Positions 38,571 through 49,134 are shown, numbered from the stretch's first letter. The stretch: 64,000 bases of DNA from Acidobacteriota bacterium (GCA_965205505.1 CBDBHB010000004.1:1-64000), one strand, 5' to 3'. Numbers and translations: made by a program. Notes: a model not told the origin generated them from the letters alone.

Positions 38571-38585
38571 GTTACAGGCCACTAG
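38571..38585. repeat. Solo end of a family-A element
   Basis: gttacaggccactag, identical to 6635..6649; its CTA is the stop of the minus-strand TPR gene. Confidence 0.65.
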
Positions 38586-40048
38586 TCCGTCGGGCAAGCT
38601 CCCGACGCCGGGCGCAGAACGGCCCACACCGCCGGCCCCAGGACCATCCCTCGACGATGCGCACCCAGCCAGGCGGTCAGTGCCTCGTCGGTGCGACCGG
38701 ACGCGTGCAGGCCGAGCACCCAGGTGCGGTGCCAGACGAGGTCATCGGCTCCCCCGGCTCGGGCGCGCTCGAGTTGCTGGATGGCCCCCGAGGCATCGCC
38801 CGACGCCAATAGCGCCCTGGCCAGCCCAATGACCGAGCCTACGTCCTGCGGATCGACCTGCAGCGCGGCGCGGTATTCGCGCTCCGCCGCGACCGGATCG
38901 CCCGCCAGACGCAGGTATTCGTCGCCCAGCTCACGGTGCTCGCGCCCGTCCGAGAGCTGCTTAAAGGTGCGTAGGTGCACGAGGCCCTCGGGGTCACCGC
39001 GTCGCCGCAGCACCGTGCCCAGGTCGAAGTGCCCCTGGACGTTGCGCGGTGCCACCTGCAGGAGCGCGCGGGCGACGCGCTCGGCCTCGTCGAGCCTGCC
39101 GAGCTTGATGAGTATCTTGGCCTGGAGCTCCAGCGCACCGACGCGCAACGCACCGACGCCGCGCTCGAGCGTCGTTGAGGCGCCGGCAATCGTCGCGATC
39201 GCCTGTTCGATCACGGCAAGCGCTTCCTCGCCACGGCCCTGATACAGCAGCGCCTCGGTGTAGGGCAGCTGCACCGCAGGGTCGCCGGGCTGCCGGCGCA
39301 GGGCTTCCTGGAGGACCTTCTCGGCGGCCTCGAACCTCTGCACGTTGAACAGGTGATACCCGAGCGCCACCCGCCCGGCCACCACGTCTGGGGCCAGATC
39401 GACGGCTCGCCGGTAGGCCGCTTCGGCGGCCTCGTTGTCGAACGCGGCGGCGAGCGCATCGCCGCGGCGCTGCCACAGCCCGGGTCGATCGGGGGTGATC
39501 TCGACGGCGAGCGCCAACCACTCGGCAGCCTCACGAGCGTTGCCCGCCTCCGAAGCAAGCTCGGCGGCCCTCAGCTCCGGCCCTGTCCATCGGGGGGTGA
39601 CGGCGGAGAGGTTCGCGAGCCTCCGCCGTGCTTCGGAGACGGCACCGATGCGATAACAGACCTCGGCACGTTGGTACTCCGCCGGCCGCAGATCCGGGCG
39701 CGACTCCAGGGCCAGCGTCAGCTCGGTCCAAGCGTCGGCCCATCGGTCTTGTGCGAACCTGACCAGCCCGAGCTGGTATCGCACCGCGCCCGGGTCAGCG
39801 CTCCCCGGAAGCGCCGACTGCAGCTCGCCGGCGGCCCGCTCCAGCTGTCCGACGGCCAGCAGCGCGCGGCCGAGATGAAATCGCGTCGCGGCGCTGTGCG
39901 GATCGAGGCGCAGCGCCGCCTCGAGCTCGACGAGGGCGGCGGTCGCTTGATTTTGCTGCAACAACTCGATGCCGCTGGCCAGATGCTCGGCCGCCGATTG
40001 ACCGAGCCCACCGAGCAGGCCCGCGACGAGAGCCCAGCGCAGCATCAT
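38582..40048 (-). CDS. Secreted TPR-repeat protein
   Basis: Signal peptide; multiple TPR-like repeats (ALRLDP...LGRAL, AVDLAP). Confidence 0.85.
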   Translation of the reverse strand: MMLRWALVAGLLGGLGQSAAEHLASGIELLQQNQATAALVELEAALRLDPHSAATRFHLGRALLAVGQLERAAGELQSALPGSADPGAVRYQLGLVRFAQDRWADAWTELTLALESRPDLRPAEYQRAEVCYRIGAVSEARRRLANLSAVTPRWTGPELRAAELASEAGNAREAAEWLALAVEITPDRPGLWQRRGDALAAAFDNEAAEAAYRRAVDLAPDVVAGRVALGYHLFNVQRFEAAEKVLQEALRRQPGDPAVQLPYTEALLYQGRGEEALAVIEQAIATIAGASTTLERGVGALRVGALELQAKILIKLGRLDEAERVARALLQVAPRNVQGHFDLGTVLRRRGDPEGLVHLRTFKQLSDGREHRELGDEYLRLAGDPVAAEREYRAALQVDPQDVGSVIGLARALLASGDASGAIQQLERARAGGADDLVWHRTWVLGLHASGRTDEALTAWLGAHRRGMVLGPAVWAVLRPASGACPTD

Positions 40049-41778
40049 TCCTCTGTCCGCACCACGACACCGTAGTGCTCGTCCACCACAAGTCGGCCGG
40101 GCTGTTGCTCAGGCAGCTGCATGGTCTCGCCAGCGGGCCAACGGATCTCGACGCCGTCTGCAACTCCGGATGGGAGGTAGAACAACAGGCGGGCATCGTT
40201 GGCGCCGACGTAACCATCGCTGTCGCGCAGCTGAATTCGCTGCTCGATGGCGCCCGATCGCACGATCACGTCGGCTCCGTAACCGGAGCGGTTCGATCGG
40301 CGGCCGACGAGGGTGATCCTCAGCGCCGCGTGCGCCATCGACGTGTCGTTGCGGATCAATGTGGGGCGCGCATCGATGTTGGTCACCAGCAGATCGAGAT
40401 CGCCGTCGTTGTCGAAGTCACCTCGCACCGCGCCCCGCGACGACTCTCGGATCGCCAAGGCATCGCCGGCCACCGCAATAACCGTTGCGAAATCCGCCGT
40501 TCCCGACTCGCGCAGCTGATTCACATACAGCGAGTTGAGCTGCCGGTACGGCTCGATCCCGCGCGCCTCGACGGCAGGGTGAATATGCCCGTTGGCGACG
40601 AACAGATCCTGGTCGGCGTCGCCATCGATGTCGAGAAACAGCGCCGACCACCCCATGTACGGGAAGCTGCTGGCAGCCAGCCTGCGCAGGTCGGTCTCGT
40701 CCTGAAAGATGCAATCGCCGAGGTTGCGGTAGAGCGTGTTGTGGTCGTTGTGGAAGTTGGTGACGTACAGGTCAAGCTGTCCGTCACCGTCGAAGTCAGC
40801 GCTGGTCACCCCCATGCCCGCCTGCTCGCGACCGTCGGCACTGTACCCGGCGCCGGACAGTAGTCCCTGCTCGTCGATCTCGCCACCCGGAGTGCGTCGG
40901 TACAGGAGGTTCATCGTCGAGTCGTTGGCGACGTAGATCTCCGACAGCCCGTCATCGTCGCAGTCGATGGCAGCCAGCGCCAGCCCATAGCCGGCAGCCG
41001 GATCGATTCGATCCGACATCCAGGCCGTAAACGTACCGTCGCCGAGATTGCGGTACAGCAGGTCGCGCTGTCCGACCAGCCCTTCGGGGCCGCAGAATGC
41101 CTCGACGCCGAGGTACGAGCAGCGACCCTCGCCCCGCGCCGGCACTGAGGTCACCTCGAGGTCAACATAGCGAGCGACATAAAGATCCAGGTAGCCGTCA
41201 CCATCCCAATCCGTGAAGGTGGCGGAGGCACCCCAGCCGGGATCCTCCGCCCCGTTGGACCAGACCGCGAAGGTCCCGTCACCGTTGTTGCGATACAGCC
41301 GGTCGGTGCCGATGGCGGCGATGAACAGGTCTGGCCAGCCGTCGTTGTCGACGTCGCCCCAGGTAACGCCGGTGCCCCATACGACCTCGCGTACTCCGGC
41401 GGAGCTCGGCGCCTCGCGAAACGCCTGCCCATCGCCGCGGTACAGGCGGTGTCCCTCACCGCGTCGGCCCGCGGCCAATGCCGGATGCACGCCCGGGTGG
41501 GCGGCCGGCACCTGGATGAGAGCTCCCGCCGACTCGGATAGCGCGTTCACCAGCACGACGTCGAGGTTGCCGTCGACGTCGAAGTCCACGAACGCCGCCC
41601 CGGAGCCAGTCGACTCGGTGATGTAGGACTTCTCGAGGCTGCCGAAGCTCTGCACCAGGTCGAGGCCCGAGTTGGCCACTGTACGGAGATTCAACGCCTG
41701 GGCAAGCAGCCCGGACGGCGCCGCGGTGAGGGCCAAGGACGCCGCTACGAGGAGCCCAGCGCCGCGGCTAGCCGCCAT
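40045..41778 (-). CDS. CRTAC1-family FG-GAP repeat / ASPIC-UnbV protein
   Basis: ESTGSGAAFVDFDVDGNLD, DVDNDGWPDLF, VANDS, AGMG, GDFDNDGDLDL, SNRSGYGA. Confidence 0.9.
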   Translation of the reverse strand: MAASRGAGLLVAASLALTAAPSGLLAQALNLRTVANSGLDLVQSFGSLEKSYITESTGSGAAFVDFDVDGNLDVVLVNALSESAGALIQVPAAHPGVHPALAAGRRGEGHRLYRGDGQAFREAPSSAGVREVVWGTGVTWGDVDNDGWPDLFIAAIGTDRLYRNNGDGTFAVWSNGAEDPGWGASATFTDWDGDGYLDLYVARYVDLEVTSVPARGEGRCSYLGVEAFCGPEGLVGQRDLLYRNLGDGTFTAWMSDRIDPAAGYGLALAAIDCDDDGLSEIYVANDSTMNLLYRRTPGGEIDEQGLLSGAGYSADGREQAGMGVTSADFDGDGQLDLYVTNFHNDHNTLYRNLGDCIFQDETDLRRLAASSFPYMGWSALFLDIDGDADQDLFVANGHIHPAVEARGIEPYRQLNSLYVNQLRESGTADFATVIAVAGDALAIRESSRGAVRGDFDNDGDLDLLVTNIDARPTLIRNDTSMAHAALRITLVGRRSNRSGYGADVIVRSGAIEQRIQLRDSDGYVGANDARLLFYLPSGVADGVEIRWPAGETMQLPEQQPGRLVVDEHYGVVVRTEE

Positions 41779-44125
41779 CGATCTGCTGGCGCAGCTGCTG
41801 GCCTCGACGCGCCCATTCCTGCGCCCGCGCCGCCTGCCCTGTTCGGTTGTACAGATCGGCGAGCAGAAAATAACCGAGCGCCATGTCGGGCTTATCGAGT
41901 TGCTCCGCGATCGCCCCCTCGACCATCTCGATGGCGCGCTGCAGGTCGCCGCCGCGCCGTAGCATCAGGCGTGCCATGAAGAGGTTGCCCTGTGCAAAGT
42001 CGGCGTCGAGCTCGAGCACGCGCTGCAACTGCCTGTGCTCGTCGTTCTCACGCCCCATCTTTCGGTAGACCATCGCCAGGTTGAAGTGGGCGGCGACGTC
42101 GTCGGGAACGGTCTCGAGCTCCTGCAGATACTCGCGCACCGCTGCCGCCGGCTCGCCGCGCTGGTCGTGAATCTCGGCCAGCACCGCGTGCACCCCGATC
42201 AGCCGATCGTTGAGCTCGAGAGCGGCACGCGCGTAGCTTTCGGCGTCGTCGAGACGGTCGAGATGGAAGTACACCTGCGCCAGGCCCCCGCGCGACGACG
42301 ACCCGTCGGGATTGAGCTCCAGGCATCGCAGGAACGCGGCTATCGCGTCGTCGAGATCGCCCTGGCGCTTGAGAACGTCGCCAAGGAGAAAGTACAGCTG
42401 GGCGTTGTCGCCCACCAGCTCCAGGCCGTCCCGAACGGTCTTCTCGGCCTCTTCGAGGCGCCGCAGACCGACCAGGGCGTCGGAGGCGAAGATGTAGGCG
42501 TACGGATCATCGGGCTTGAGCGGGATGGAGGCGCTGTAGGCGTCGACCGCCTCCTCCAGGCGTCCCTGCTGGAAGTAGAGCTCGCCCAGCGTGTGGTACG
42601 CGTCGACAATGCCCGGGTCTTCTGCCAGCACCTCGCGCAGCAGGCGCTCGGCCTCGGCGAACTCGTCGCGGTTCATCGCCTGCCTTGCTTCGAGCGACTT
42701 GTTGTAGATCTCGATCTTGGTGCGCGGGCTGGGCAGATCCGAGCCATCGTCGTCGATCGCCTGGAAGGTCCCGACGTAGCCGAGGCTGACGAGCTTGCGT
42801 CGCGTCTCCTCGTCCAGCTCGCCGGCGGTCGACGGGCTGGCACCGACACTCCAGGTGGCGATCCGCTCTTGCGCAACACGAGTCATCTCGAAAACGACCG
42901 TGTTCAGGGTACCGGCCAGGTCGTGCCGCTCGTCCGGATCTTCGATCAGGTCGTAGAGCTCCGGGTCCGACGACAGGATGAGCTTGTAGCGCTCGTCGCG
43001 CAGCGCCCGCAGATCGCTCCAACCGTAGTGCAACCGTGCGTACCAGCTCTCGGAGTAGATATATCGCTTCTCGGGCTCATTGCCGGGGCCGGTGCCCGGC
43101 TCGAGCAACGGCGCCAGGCTGCGACCCTGGAACTCGAGGCCGGGCTCGATCCCGATGATCTCGAGCACCGTCGGCATGACGTCGACAATCGACACTGTCT
43201 CGGAACGTCGCTGACCGCCGTAGTTACCGAAGGGGACGCGCATGATGAGCGGCACGTGCGTTGCCTCGTCGTATATGAAGAAACCGTGCTGCGCTTCGCC
43301 GTGGCCCCCGAGGCTCTCGCCGTGGTCGGCGACGAGCACCAACAGCGTGCTGTCGAGCAACTCACGCTGGCGCAGCTCCTGCACCAACCGTCCGACTTGG
43401 GAGTCGGTGTAGGCGATCTCGCCCAGGTAGGGGCGACCGGGGTATTGCGACTTGTAGGGCTCCGGCGGATCGTAGGGGGCGTGCGGATCGTACATGTGCA
43501 GCCACATGAAGAAGGGCTGCTCGGAGGCCCGCTGGGAGGATTCCGGCGCCGGCTGATCGAGCCACTCGATCGCATAGTCGACCACTTGGCTCGCTGGACG
43601 CTGCACGCTGCCCATGGCGATCACCCGCTGGCCGCGCACGTCGAAGTCGTCGACGTAGTGGTCGAACCCTTGATCGATGCGCCAGCGCCGATCGAGGACA
43701 TAGGCCGCTACGAAGCCCCCTGTGCGGTAGCCGGCGGCTCCCAAGACCTCCGCCAGGGTCTCGGCCTCCTCGGGGACGAGATAGCCGCCGTTGTCGATGA
43801 CGCCATGCAGCAGCGGGTAGTTGCCGGTGAACAGCGACGTGTGTGCCGGCAGCGTCAGCGGCGTGGTCGAGTGGGCGTTCTCGAACAGCACCCCGTCGCG
43901 CGCCAGGCCATCGATCGCCGGCGTCGAGATATCGCTGAAGCCGTAAGCACCGAGGCGGTCGGCGCGCAGCGTGTCCAGGGTCACCACCACCACGTTGTAG
44001 GGGCCTTCGCCACGTGCATCGGCGACGCTGCCCGACGGTGACCCGCCGCTGCATCCGACGGCGCACCAGGCGAGCAGCGTGACCGCAAACCGAGCCCGGG
44101 TTGTGCCGCTGCGCTGTGACGCCAT
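41768..44125 (-). CDS. Sulfatase-like (alkaline phosphatase superfamily) lipoprotein with C-terminal TPRs
   Basis: AVGC lipobox; TLDTLRAD, TTPLTLPAHTSLFTG, HMYDPH, ADHGE, ELYDL, LVSLGY; C-terminal TPR repeats. Confidence 0.88.
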   Translation of the reverse strand: MASQRSGTTRARFAVTLLAWCAVGCSGGSPSGSVADARGEGPYNVVVVTLDTLRADRLGAYGFSDISTPAIDGLARDGVLFENAHSTTPLTLPAHTSLFTGNYPLLHGVIDNGGYLVPEEAETLAEVLGAAGYRTGGFVAAYVLDRRWRIDQGFDHYVDDFDVRGQRVIAMGSVQRPASQVVDYAIEWLDQPAPESSQRASEQPFFMWLHMYDPHAPYDPPEPYKSQYPGRPYLGEIAYTDSQVGRLVQELRQRELLDSTLLVLVADHGESLGGHGEAQHGFFIYDEATHVPLIMRVPFGNYGGQRRSETVSIVDVMPTVLEIIGIEPGLEFQGRSLAPLLEPGTGPGNEPEKRYIYSESWYARLHYGWSDLRALRDERYKLILSSDPELYDLIEDPDERHDLAGTLNTVVFEMTRVAQERIATWSVGASPSTAGELDEETRRKLVSLGYVGTFQAIDDDGSDLPSPRTKIEIYNKSLEARQAMNRDEFAEAERLLREVLAEDPGIVDAYHTLGELYFQQGRLEEAVDAYSASIPLKPDDPYAYIFASDALVGLRRLEEAEKTVRDGLELVGDNAQLYFLLGDVLKRQGDLDDAIAAFLRCLELNPDGSSSRGGLAQVYFHLDRLDDAESYARAALELNDRLIGVHAVLAEIHDQRGEPAAAVREYLQELETVPDDVAAHFNLAMVYRKMGRENDEHRQLQRVLELDADFAQGNLFMARLMLRRGGDLQRAIEMVEGAIAEQLDKPDMALGYFLLADLYNRTGQAARAQEWARRGQQLRQQIDGG

Positions 44126-44217
44126 CGCTGGTGGCCTGCAACAGGGAACGGTGAGTCCGGTGGTCAGGGATCGGGTGTCACCAGCGAGGCGTACCGGGGC
44201 CCTGCCCAAAACAAGTA

Positions 44218-44245
44218 CGGGGGGACGGATCGCTCCGTCCCCCCG
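44218..44245 (-). terminator. Rho-independent terminator or stabilising hairpin after the TonB receptor gene
   Basis: ggggggacgga-tcgc-tccgtcccccc stem-loop, with a T-rich tail on the minus strand. Confidence 0.7.
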
Positions 44246-44282
44246 GTATCTTGCCGCGAACTCGCGGTCAGGCCTAGAAGCC

Positions 44283-47147
44283 CTAGAAGTTCACGATGAA
44301 TCCAAGCCGGATGTTGCGCGGGAAGCGTAGGTTCCGGGTCGCCCCGAAGGCACGTGACGGGTTGTCGTTGAAGGGGTCGTCCTCGGTTCGGACCCTCGTT
44401 ATGGTACCGGAGTTGAAGACGTTGAACACGTCCGCCATGACGCGCAGCTGCGCCCGCCCGATGGGGTACCGCCCCTCGACTCGGAGATCGAGGTTGACCT
44501 GCGTCGGAGTACGCCGGGAGCCGCGTGGCTCGACGAAGACGCCGCGGTTACGCCCGGTAAAGTCCACATCGCGGAAGCGGAGACTACGCTGATAGGGCAT
44601 ACCGGACTGGATCCAGAAGAACCCGCCGACCGCGATATGGCTGCCGATCCGCGCGCTTCCGGTTGCCTTGATGTTGTGCGGCCGGTCGCCTTGTAACGGG
44701 CCGTCCGCGTTGAAGTGGTTGTTGGGGTTTCTCCAGTTACGCGACGGTCCGAGCGACGATCCGCGCCCGTTCTCGAACGCGGTGTCGTCGGTGCCCTTCG
44801 TCCGACCGTAGAAGTACGACAGGTTCGCGCTCCAGCCGTCGGAGAACCGCTTCTCGAGGGTCAGGCCCACGCCGTCGTACCTTCGCGACTGGCTGAAGCC
44901 GTTGAAGTCGAACGGGAACAGGATCGGCAGCCGCTCCGGGTTCGTGTTCAGAAAGTCCGATTCGTCCACGTTCGTCTGATCCCACAGCTGGTAGCTCTCC
45001 CCGGTACCCGAAGGGGTTTGGTCATCGACTCCGGTGAGGTTTCGGAATATGCCGTTGCCCAGGCGGTAGTCCATGAAGTCCTTGGTCCGCCGGTTGATGT
45101 AGGTGAGCTCGACGCCGACCGTTCGGCTCAGCTGGCGCTCGAGACCGACGCTGAACTCGTTGAAGTAGCTCATCCGCAGGTTCGGGTCGATCGGTGTGAG
45201 CGGCGACTGGAACTCGGTGAACTCGAGCTCGTACTCGGTGCCGTTCCAGAAGAAGCCCTGGAATATCGACTCGCCCGGCGCCAGGTACATGCTGGTGATG
45301 ATCTGCGAATAGTACTTGCCGTAGTGTCCCTTCAGGGCCGTCGTACCGTCGCCCAAAAGGTCATAGGTAAGGCCTATACGTGGTGCGAACCCGGTCTTCG
45401 GCTTGAAGGGGGTACCGAAATCATCCGTAACCGCCGGAATGCCGGTGGCGGCGCCCCGATCCGTGACTGCTGAGCCCTGCCAGGAAGTAATGCGTACGCC
45501 GGGGTTGATCGTCAGGCGATCGCCGGCGAGCGTCCAGGCATCCTGCGCGAAGAACGCGATCGTCCGGTTCTTGGGCTGATCGTTCTGGCTCGGCAGCTCG
45601 TACTTGTAGAGCGGCTCGCCGGCATAGTCGACGTAGAACGCCCCGCCGGTGTACCCGGTATGGGTGCGCGTCGGATCGCTCGACGACTGGAACCCCGCCT
45701 TGAAGTCGTGCGAGCCGCCGAGGAACTCGTCGGCGTAGTGACTGATCGAGGCGTTCAGCTGATAGCGGTTCCGGGTGCGATCGAAGAAGAAGCCCGGGCT
45801 CTCGCTCAGCAGGCCGGTGGCCTCGTCGAAGTGAGCAGGAGGCAGAAGACCGGCCGTGTCGGTGTTCGGGTTGATGTCCGTCGCGCCCGGGTAGTCGGAG
45901 CTGGCGTTGGCGGCCAGACCGGCGTGAACCTCGAGCACCGTGTCGGGGTTGAAAATGCGCAGATAGTCGGCGAAGTAAGTATCCCACTTCCCAAACGGCT
46001 GCTGAACCGACTCCGGCGAAACGAACAGGTCGGCCGGGTCGATTCCGGCCTCGCGCTCGAACGCGATGCTCCCCTGCAGCCTGTCCTTGTCCGACATTTG
46101 CCAGGAAAGCTTGCCGAACACCGCCCAGCGGCGGTTGAACCCCTCGGTGCCGCCCGAGACCTCGGTCGCCTCGGTCGACTTGGAGCGACGATACGAGCCG
46201 TAGCCCCAGAGAGTGTTGGCCGCCAGCGGACCACCGATGTCGATGTGCTGCTGGTTGTTGTTGTTGATTGTCTGGATGAACTGTGGGTCGTCGGAGTTCT
46301 GCGAGTTCCAGCCGTCGGCGCGCAAGAAGTAGTTCGCTGTGCCCTGCAGCCGCGGTCCACCGGACTTGGTCACCAGGTTCATGACCATGCCGCTATAGCC
46401 ACCGACCTCTGCCGGGGCGCCAACACCACCGAACGACGCCTCGGCGACGTTGTCGACGTCCATCTGCATCTCGACTTCGCCACCCTCGGCGGAGTTCACC
46501 AGCACGCCGTCGTAGGAGAATTGGGTCCCCTGATTCGTACCGCCTAGCGCCGACCCGCCGCGACCTGAGGCACTGCCGGAGCTGCGCGTTCTACCGAGGT
46601 TGGCACCCGGTGCCATGCCGAGAAAGTCCGACGCACCGCTGTTGCTGCGGTTGGCCGGCAGCGCATCGAGGTACTCGTCGCTGAACGTGGTGGTGTTGGA
46701 GGAAGAGCCCCTCACATCGACCAACGGCGCCTCACCGGTGACCGTGACGGTCTCCGTCACACCGCCGATCTCCATGGTGAAGTTGACCGCCAAGGTGGCG
46801 CCCATGCTCACCCGGACGTCGTTCTGCTGCATCGGGCCGAAGCCCTCCAGCACCGCGTCGACCGTGTAGAGCCCGGGCGGCAGTGCCGGCGCTCTGTAGC
46901 GTCCGTCGACTCCGGTGACCATGACGCTCGGCGTCATCAGCACCGGGCCGGAAACGGTCACGGTCACACCAGGTAGTGGTGCGCCGTCAGGGTCCGCAAT
47001 GGTCCCGTTCAGCGTGCCGGTACGGCCGGTGGCGCCCTGCGCCATGACGTTCGTCGGCGTGGTCAGCAGCAGGACAAGGGCTGCGGTAATGGGAATCAGC
47101 CAAATAGCGCGTCGCATGTGAGCTCTCCTCGATGGGGCTGCGGGCAA
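44283..47147 (-). CDS. TonB-dependent receptor (Oar-like, N-terminal carboxypeptidase-regulatory-like domain)
   Basis: GTIADPDGAPLPGVTVT, ETVTVTGEAPLVD, NLVTKSG, FAQDAW, APRIGLTYD; C-terminal F. Confidence 0.92.
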   Translation of the reverse strand: MPAAPSRRAHMRRAIWLIPITAALVLLLTTPTNVMAQGATGRTGTLNGTIADPDGAPLPGVTVTVSGPVLMTPSVMVTGVDGRYRAPALPPGLYTVDAVLEGFGPMQQNDVRVSMGATLAVNFTMEIGGVTETVTVTGEAPLVDVRGSSSNTTTFSDEYLDALPANRSNSGASDFLGMAPGANLGRTRSSGSASGRGGSALGGTNQGTQFSYDGVLVNSAEGGEVEMQMDVDNVAEASFGGVGAPAEVGGYSGMVMNLVTKSGGPRLQGTANYFLRADGWNSQNSDDPQFIQTINNNNQQHIDIGGPLAANTLWGYGSYRRSKSTEATEVSGGTEGFNRRWAVFGKLSWQMSDKDRLQGSIAFEREAGIDPADLFVSPESVQQPFGKWDTYFADYLRIFNPDTVLEVHAGLAANASSDYPGATDINPNTDTAGLLPPAHFDEATGLLSESPGFFFDRTRNRYQLNASISHYADEFLGGSHDFKAGFQSSSDPTRTHTGYTGGAFYVDYAGEPLYKYELPSQNDQPKNRTIAFFAQDAWTLAGDRLTINPGVRITSWQGSAVTDRGAATGIPAVTDDFGTPFKPKTGFAPRIGLTYDLLGDGTTALKGHYGKYYSQIITSMYLAPGESIFQGFFWNGTEYELEFTEFQSPLTPIDPNLRMSYFNEFSVGLERQLSRTVGVELTYINRRTKDFMDYRLGNGIFRNLTGVDDQTPSGTGESYQLWDQTNVDESDFLNTNPERLPILFPFDFNGFSQSRRYDGVGLTLEKRFSDGWSANLSYFYGRTKGTDDTAFENGRGSSLGPSRNWRNPNNHFNADGPLQGDRPHNIKATGSARIGSHIAVGGFFWIQSGMPYQRSLRFRDVDFTGRNRGVFVEPRGSRRTPTQVNLDLRVEGRYPIGRAQLRVMADVFNVFNSGTITRVRTEDDPFNDNPSRAFGATRNLRFPRNIRLGFIVNF

Positions 47148-47164
47148 CGTTGGTGGAGTGTGAT

Positions 47165-47941
47165 TTACGGGGTTCCGTCTCGGGCGTGCCGGTCGCCCGG
47201 ATTCTCGGAGTCCTCTACCGACGCGGTGGTCGGCTCAGGCTCCATCGGCAGGCCATCGCCGGCCGGACGCATCTTAGCGTACAACCAGCTGTTGGTTTGG
47301 TACTCGTGATAGGTCTTCGAACGGTTCTCCTTCAGCACCTCTATGGCACGCTCGAAGCCGCCGGCTTGGATGGCGTCGAGTATCTGGTCGTGCTGCTCGA
47401 TCGACTCGGTCCATTCGCTGATGTGCGAGAACGCCCAGATCTCCAGGCTCTTCACCTTGGAGCGGAGCTCGTCGAGCATACGCAGCAAGCGATCATTGCC
47501 CGAGCCGGCTGAAAGGAGGTGGTGAAACTCGTGGTTCACAGCGATGCCAGCTTTGATGTCCTGCTCGGCGAACGCGTCGCGATAGCTCCGGTTCACTTCC
47601 CGAAGCTCCTCCAGAGCGTCGGCGTCCAGCCGCGGGAACGACTCCTCTGCGGCCAACACCTCCAGCGCGCACATGATCGGGTAGAACTCGGCGAGGTCGG
47701 CGGCAGATTCCTCGGGCACCCGAAAACCGCGATGGGGAATGCGCTGCAGAAACCCTTCGGACGCAAGACGACCCAGCGCCTCTCGCACCGGCGTGCGACT
47801 GACCTGCAGTCGCTCGCTCACGTCTTGTTCCCGAATGAATTCACCAGGCTTCAGGCTCGCGGCCAACACGCGATCTCGGAGGATTTGATAGACCTGATCG
47901 GTCAGCGTAGCGGTACGCAGGAGCGGCCAAGTCTCACTCAA
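47165..47941 (-). CDS. GntR (FadR/FCD) transcriptional regulator
   Basis: LKPGE, VSRTPVREAL, RGFRV, NHEFH, EQHDQI. Confidence 0.92.
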   Translation of the reverse strand: MSETWPLLRTATLTDQVYQILRDRVLAASLKPGEFIREQDVSERLQVSRTPVREALGRLASEGFLQRIPHRGFRVPEESAADLAEFYPIMCALEVLAAEESFPRLDADALEELREVNRSYRDAFAEQDIKAGIAVNHEFHHLLSAGSGNDRLLRMLDELRSKVKSLEIWAFSHISEWTESIEQHDQILDAIQAGGFERAIEVLKENRSKTYHEYQTNSWLYAKMRPAGDGLPMEPEPTTASVEDSENPGDRHARDGTP

Positions 47942-47954
47942 GAACTGCCCATAG

Positions 47955-47979
47955 TGTATGGAATATTGTATGCAGTATT
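47955..47979. promoter_or_regulatory. GntR-type operator-like repeats
   Basis: tgtatggaata-t-tgtatgcagta immediately upstream of the gntR gene. Confidence 0.45.
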
Positions 47980-48183
47980 CGATTAGCCATAAAGCTAACG
48001 AACCTTAACACCCCATGTAAAGGGGTGTGGCCCGAAATCTTGACGATAATCCTGACGATTGCTAACGATGCGCGTGCGAATAGCGCCGCATGTAGTGGAG
48101 TGTAGCCCGTTCCGTCGTCGCTGCCTGTTGCATACTGACTACCGCGACACTGATGGACTGTACCGGTCCGGCAAACCTGAAGC

Positions 48184-49134
48184 ATGGCGGGGATCAATCT
48201 TCGAATGGCGGTCAAAATCGGCATTGTCGGCTGGGGGGAGATCGCGCGCCGACACGCCGATCAGGTGCGACGCGCCGGGGCGCGCCTGGCCGGAGTCGTG
48301 GCGCGGCGGCGTCCCGCAGATCTCGACGTGCCGTGGTTCGAATCGATCGAGCAGCTGCTGCCACACGTCGACGGCGTAACCATCGCGGTGCCCAACCACC
48401 TTCACGCCAGCAGCTGTCTTGCCGCCGTACGGGCCGGGCGAGCCGTCATGGTCGAGAAGCCCCTGTTGATATCCGCCGCCGAGCTCGATGACCTCGAACG
48501 GGTGCTGCCGCGTGCCGACGTGCCCGTTCATGTCGGCTTTCGCCTGCGCTGGAACTCACTGCTCCAGGAGTTGCGCGACACACTACGGAACCCACGACGG
48601 ATCGAGTGCTCGTACACGCTCGGAATCAATGAGCTCGCCGCGGGCAAGGACTGGACCCGACGCCGAGACCGCACCGGCGGCGCGTTCTTCACGCTGGGCG
48701 TCCACGTGCTCGATCTGGCTCGCTGGTTGAGTCGTGCCGACGGTGAGCCGATGGCCGATCTGTGCGCCCGCGCCGACGGGTTGGGCGAAGGCGCCGACTA
48801 CCCACTTCGAGCCACCGTCAGCGGGCGCATGCACGGCATCCAGCTGCAAGCCACGACCGACACTCGCGGCAACCTGCCGCATCGACTCGACGTGCGCACC
48901 TGGCAACGCACCGGCTCAGTGCCGCACCACATCTCGCTCGACGAAACCCACGAAGTGGTCGAATACGGCGCTTTGCTGCGCGATTTCGTGGAAGCAACGG
49001 CGGCGGGCCGTGTCGATCAACAGGCGGTGACCGAGTACCTGCAGACGCATCGCGAGCTGTTGCACGCCCGCGAGCTGGCCGCCCACCCCGATTCTGCTAT
49101 CGCCCCGAAGAGCGGCGGAGTGCCGACCTCGTAA
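48184..49134 (+). CDS. Gfo/Idh/MocA family oxidoreductase
   Basis: IGIVGWGEIA, AVPNHLH, VEKP, VGFRLRW, GGAFFTLGVHVLD. Confidence 0.9.
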   Translation: MAGINLRMAVKIGIVGWGEIARRHADQVRRAGARLAGVVARRRPADLDVPWFESIEQLLPHVDGVTIAVPNHLHASSCLAAVRAGRAVMVEKPLLISAAELDDLERVLPRADVPVHVGFRLRWNSLLQELRDTLRNPRRIECSYTLGINELAAGKDWTRRRDRTGGAFFTLGVHVLDLARWLSRADGEPMADLCARADGLGEGADYPLRATVSGRMHGIQLQATTDTRGNLPHRLDVRTWQRTGSVPHHISLDETHEVVEYGALLRDFVEATAAGRVDQQAVTEYLQTHRELLHARELAAHPDSAIAPKSGGVPTS

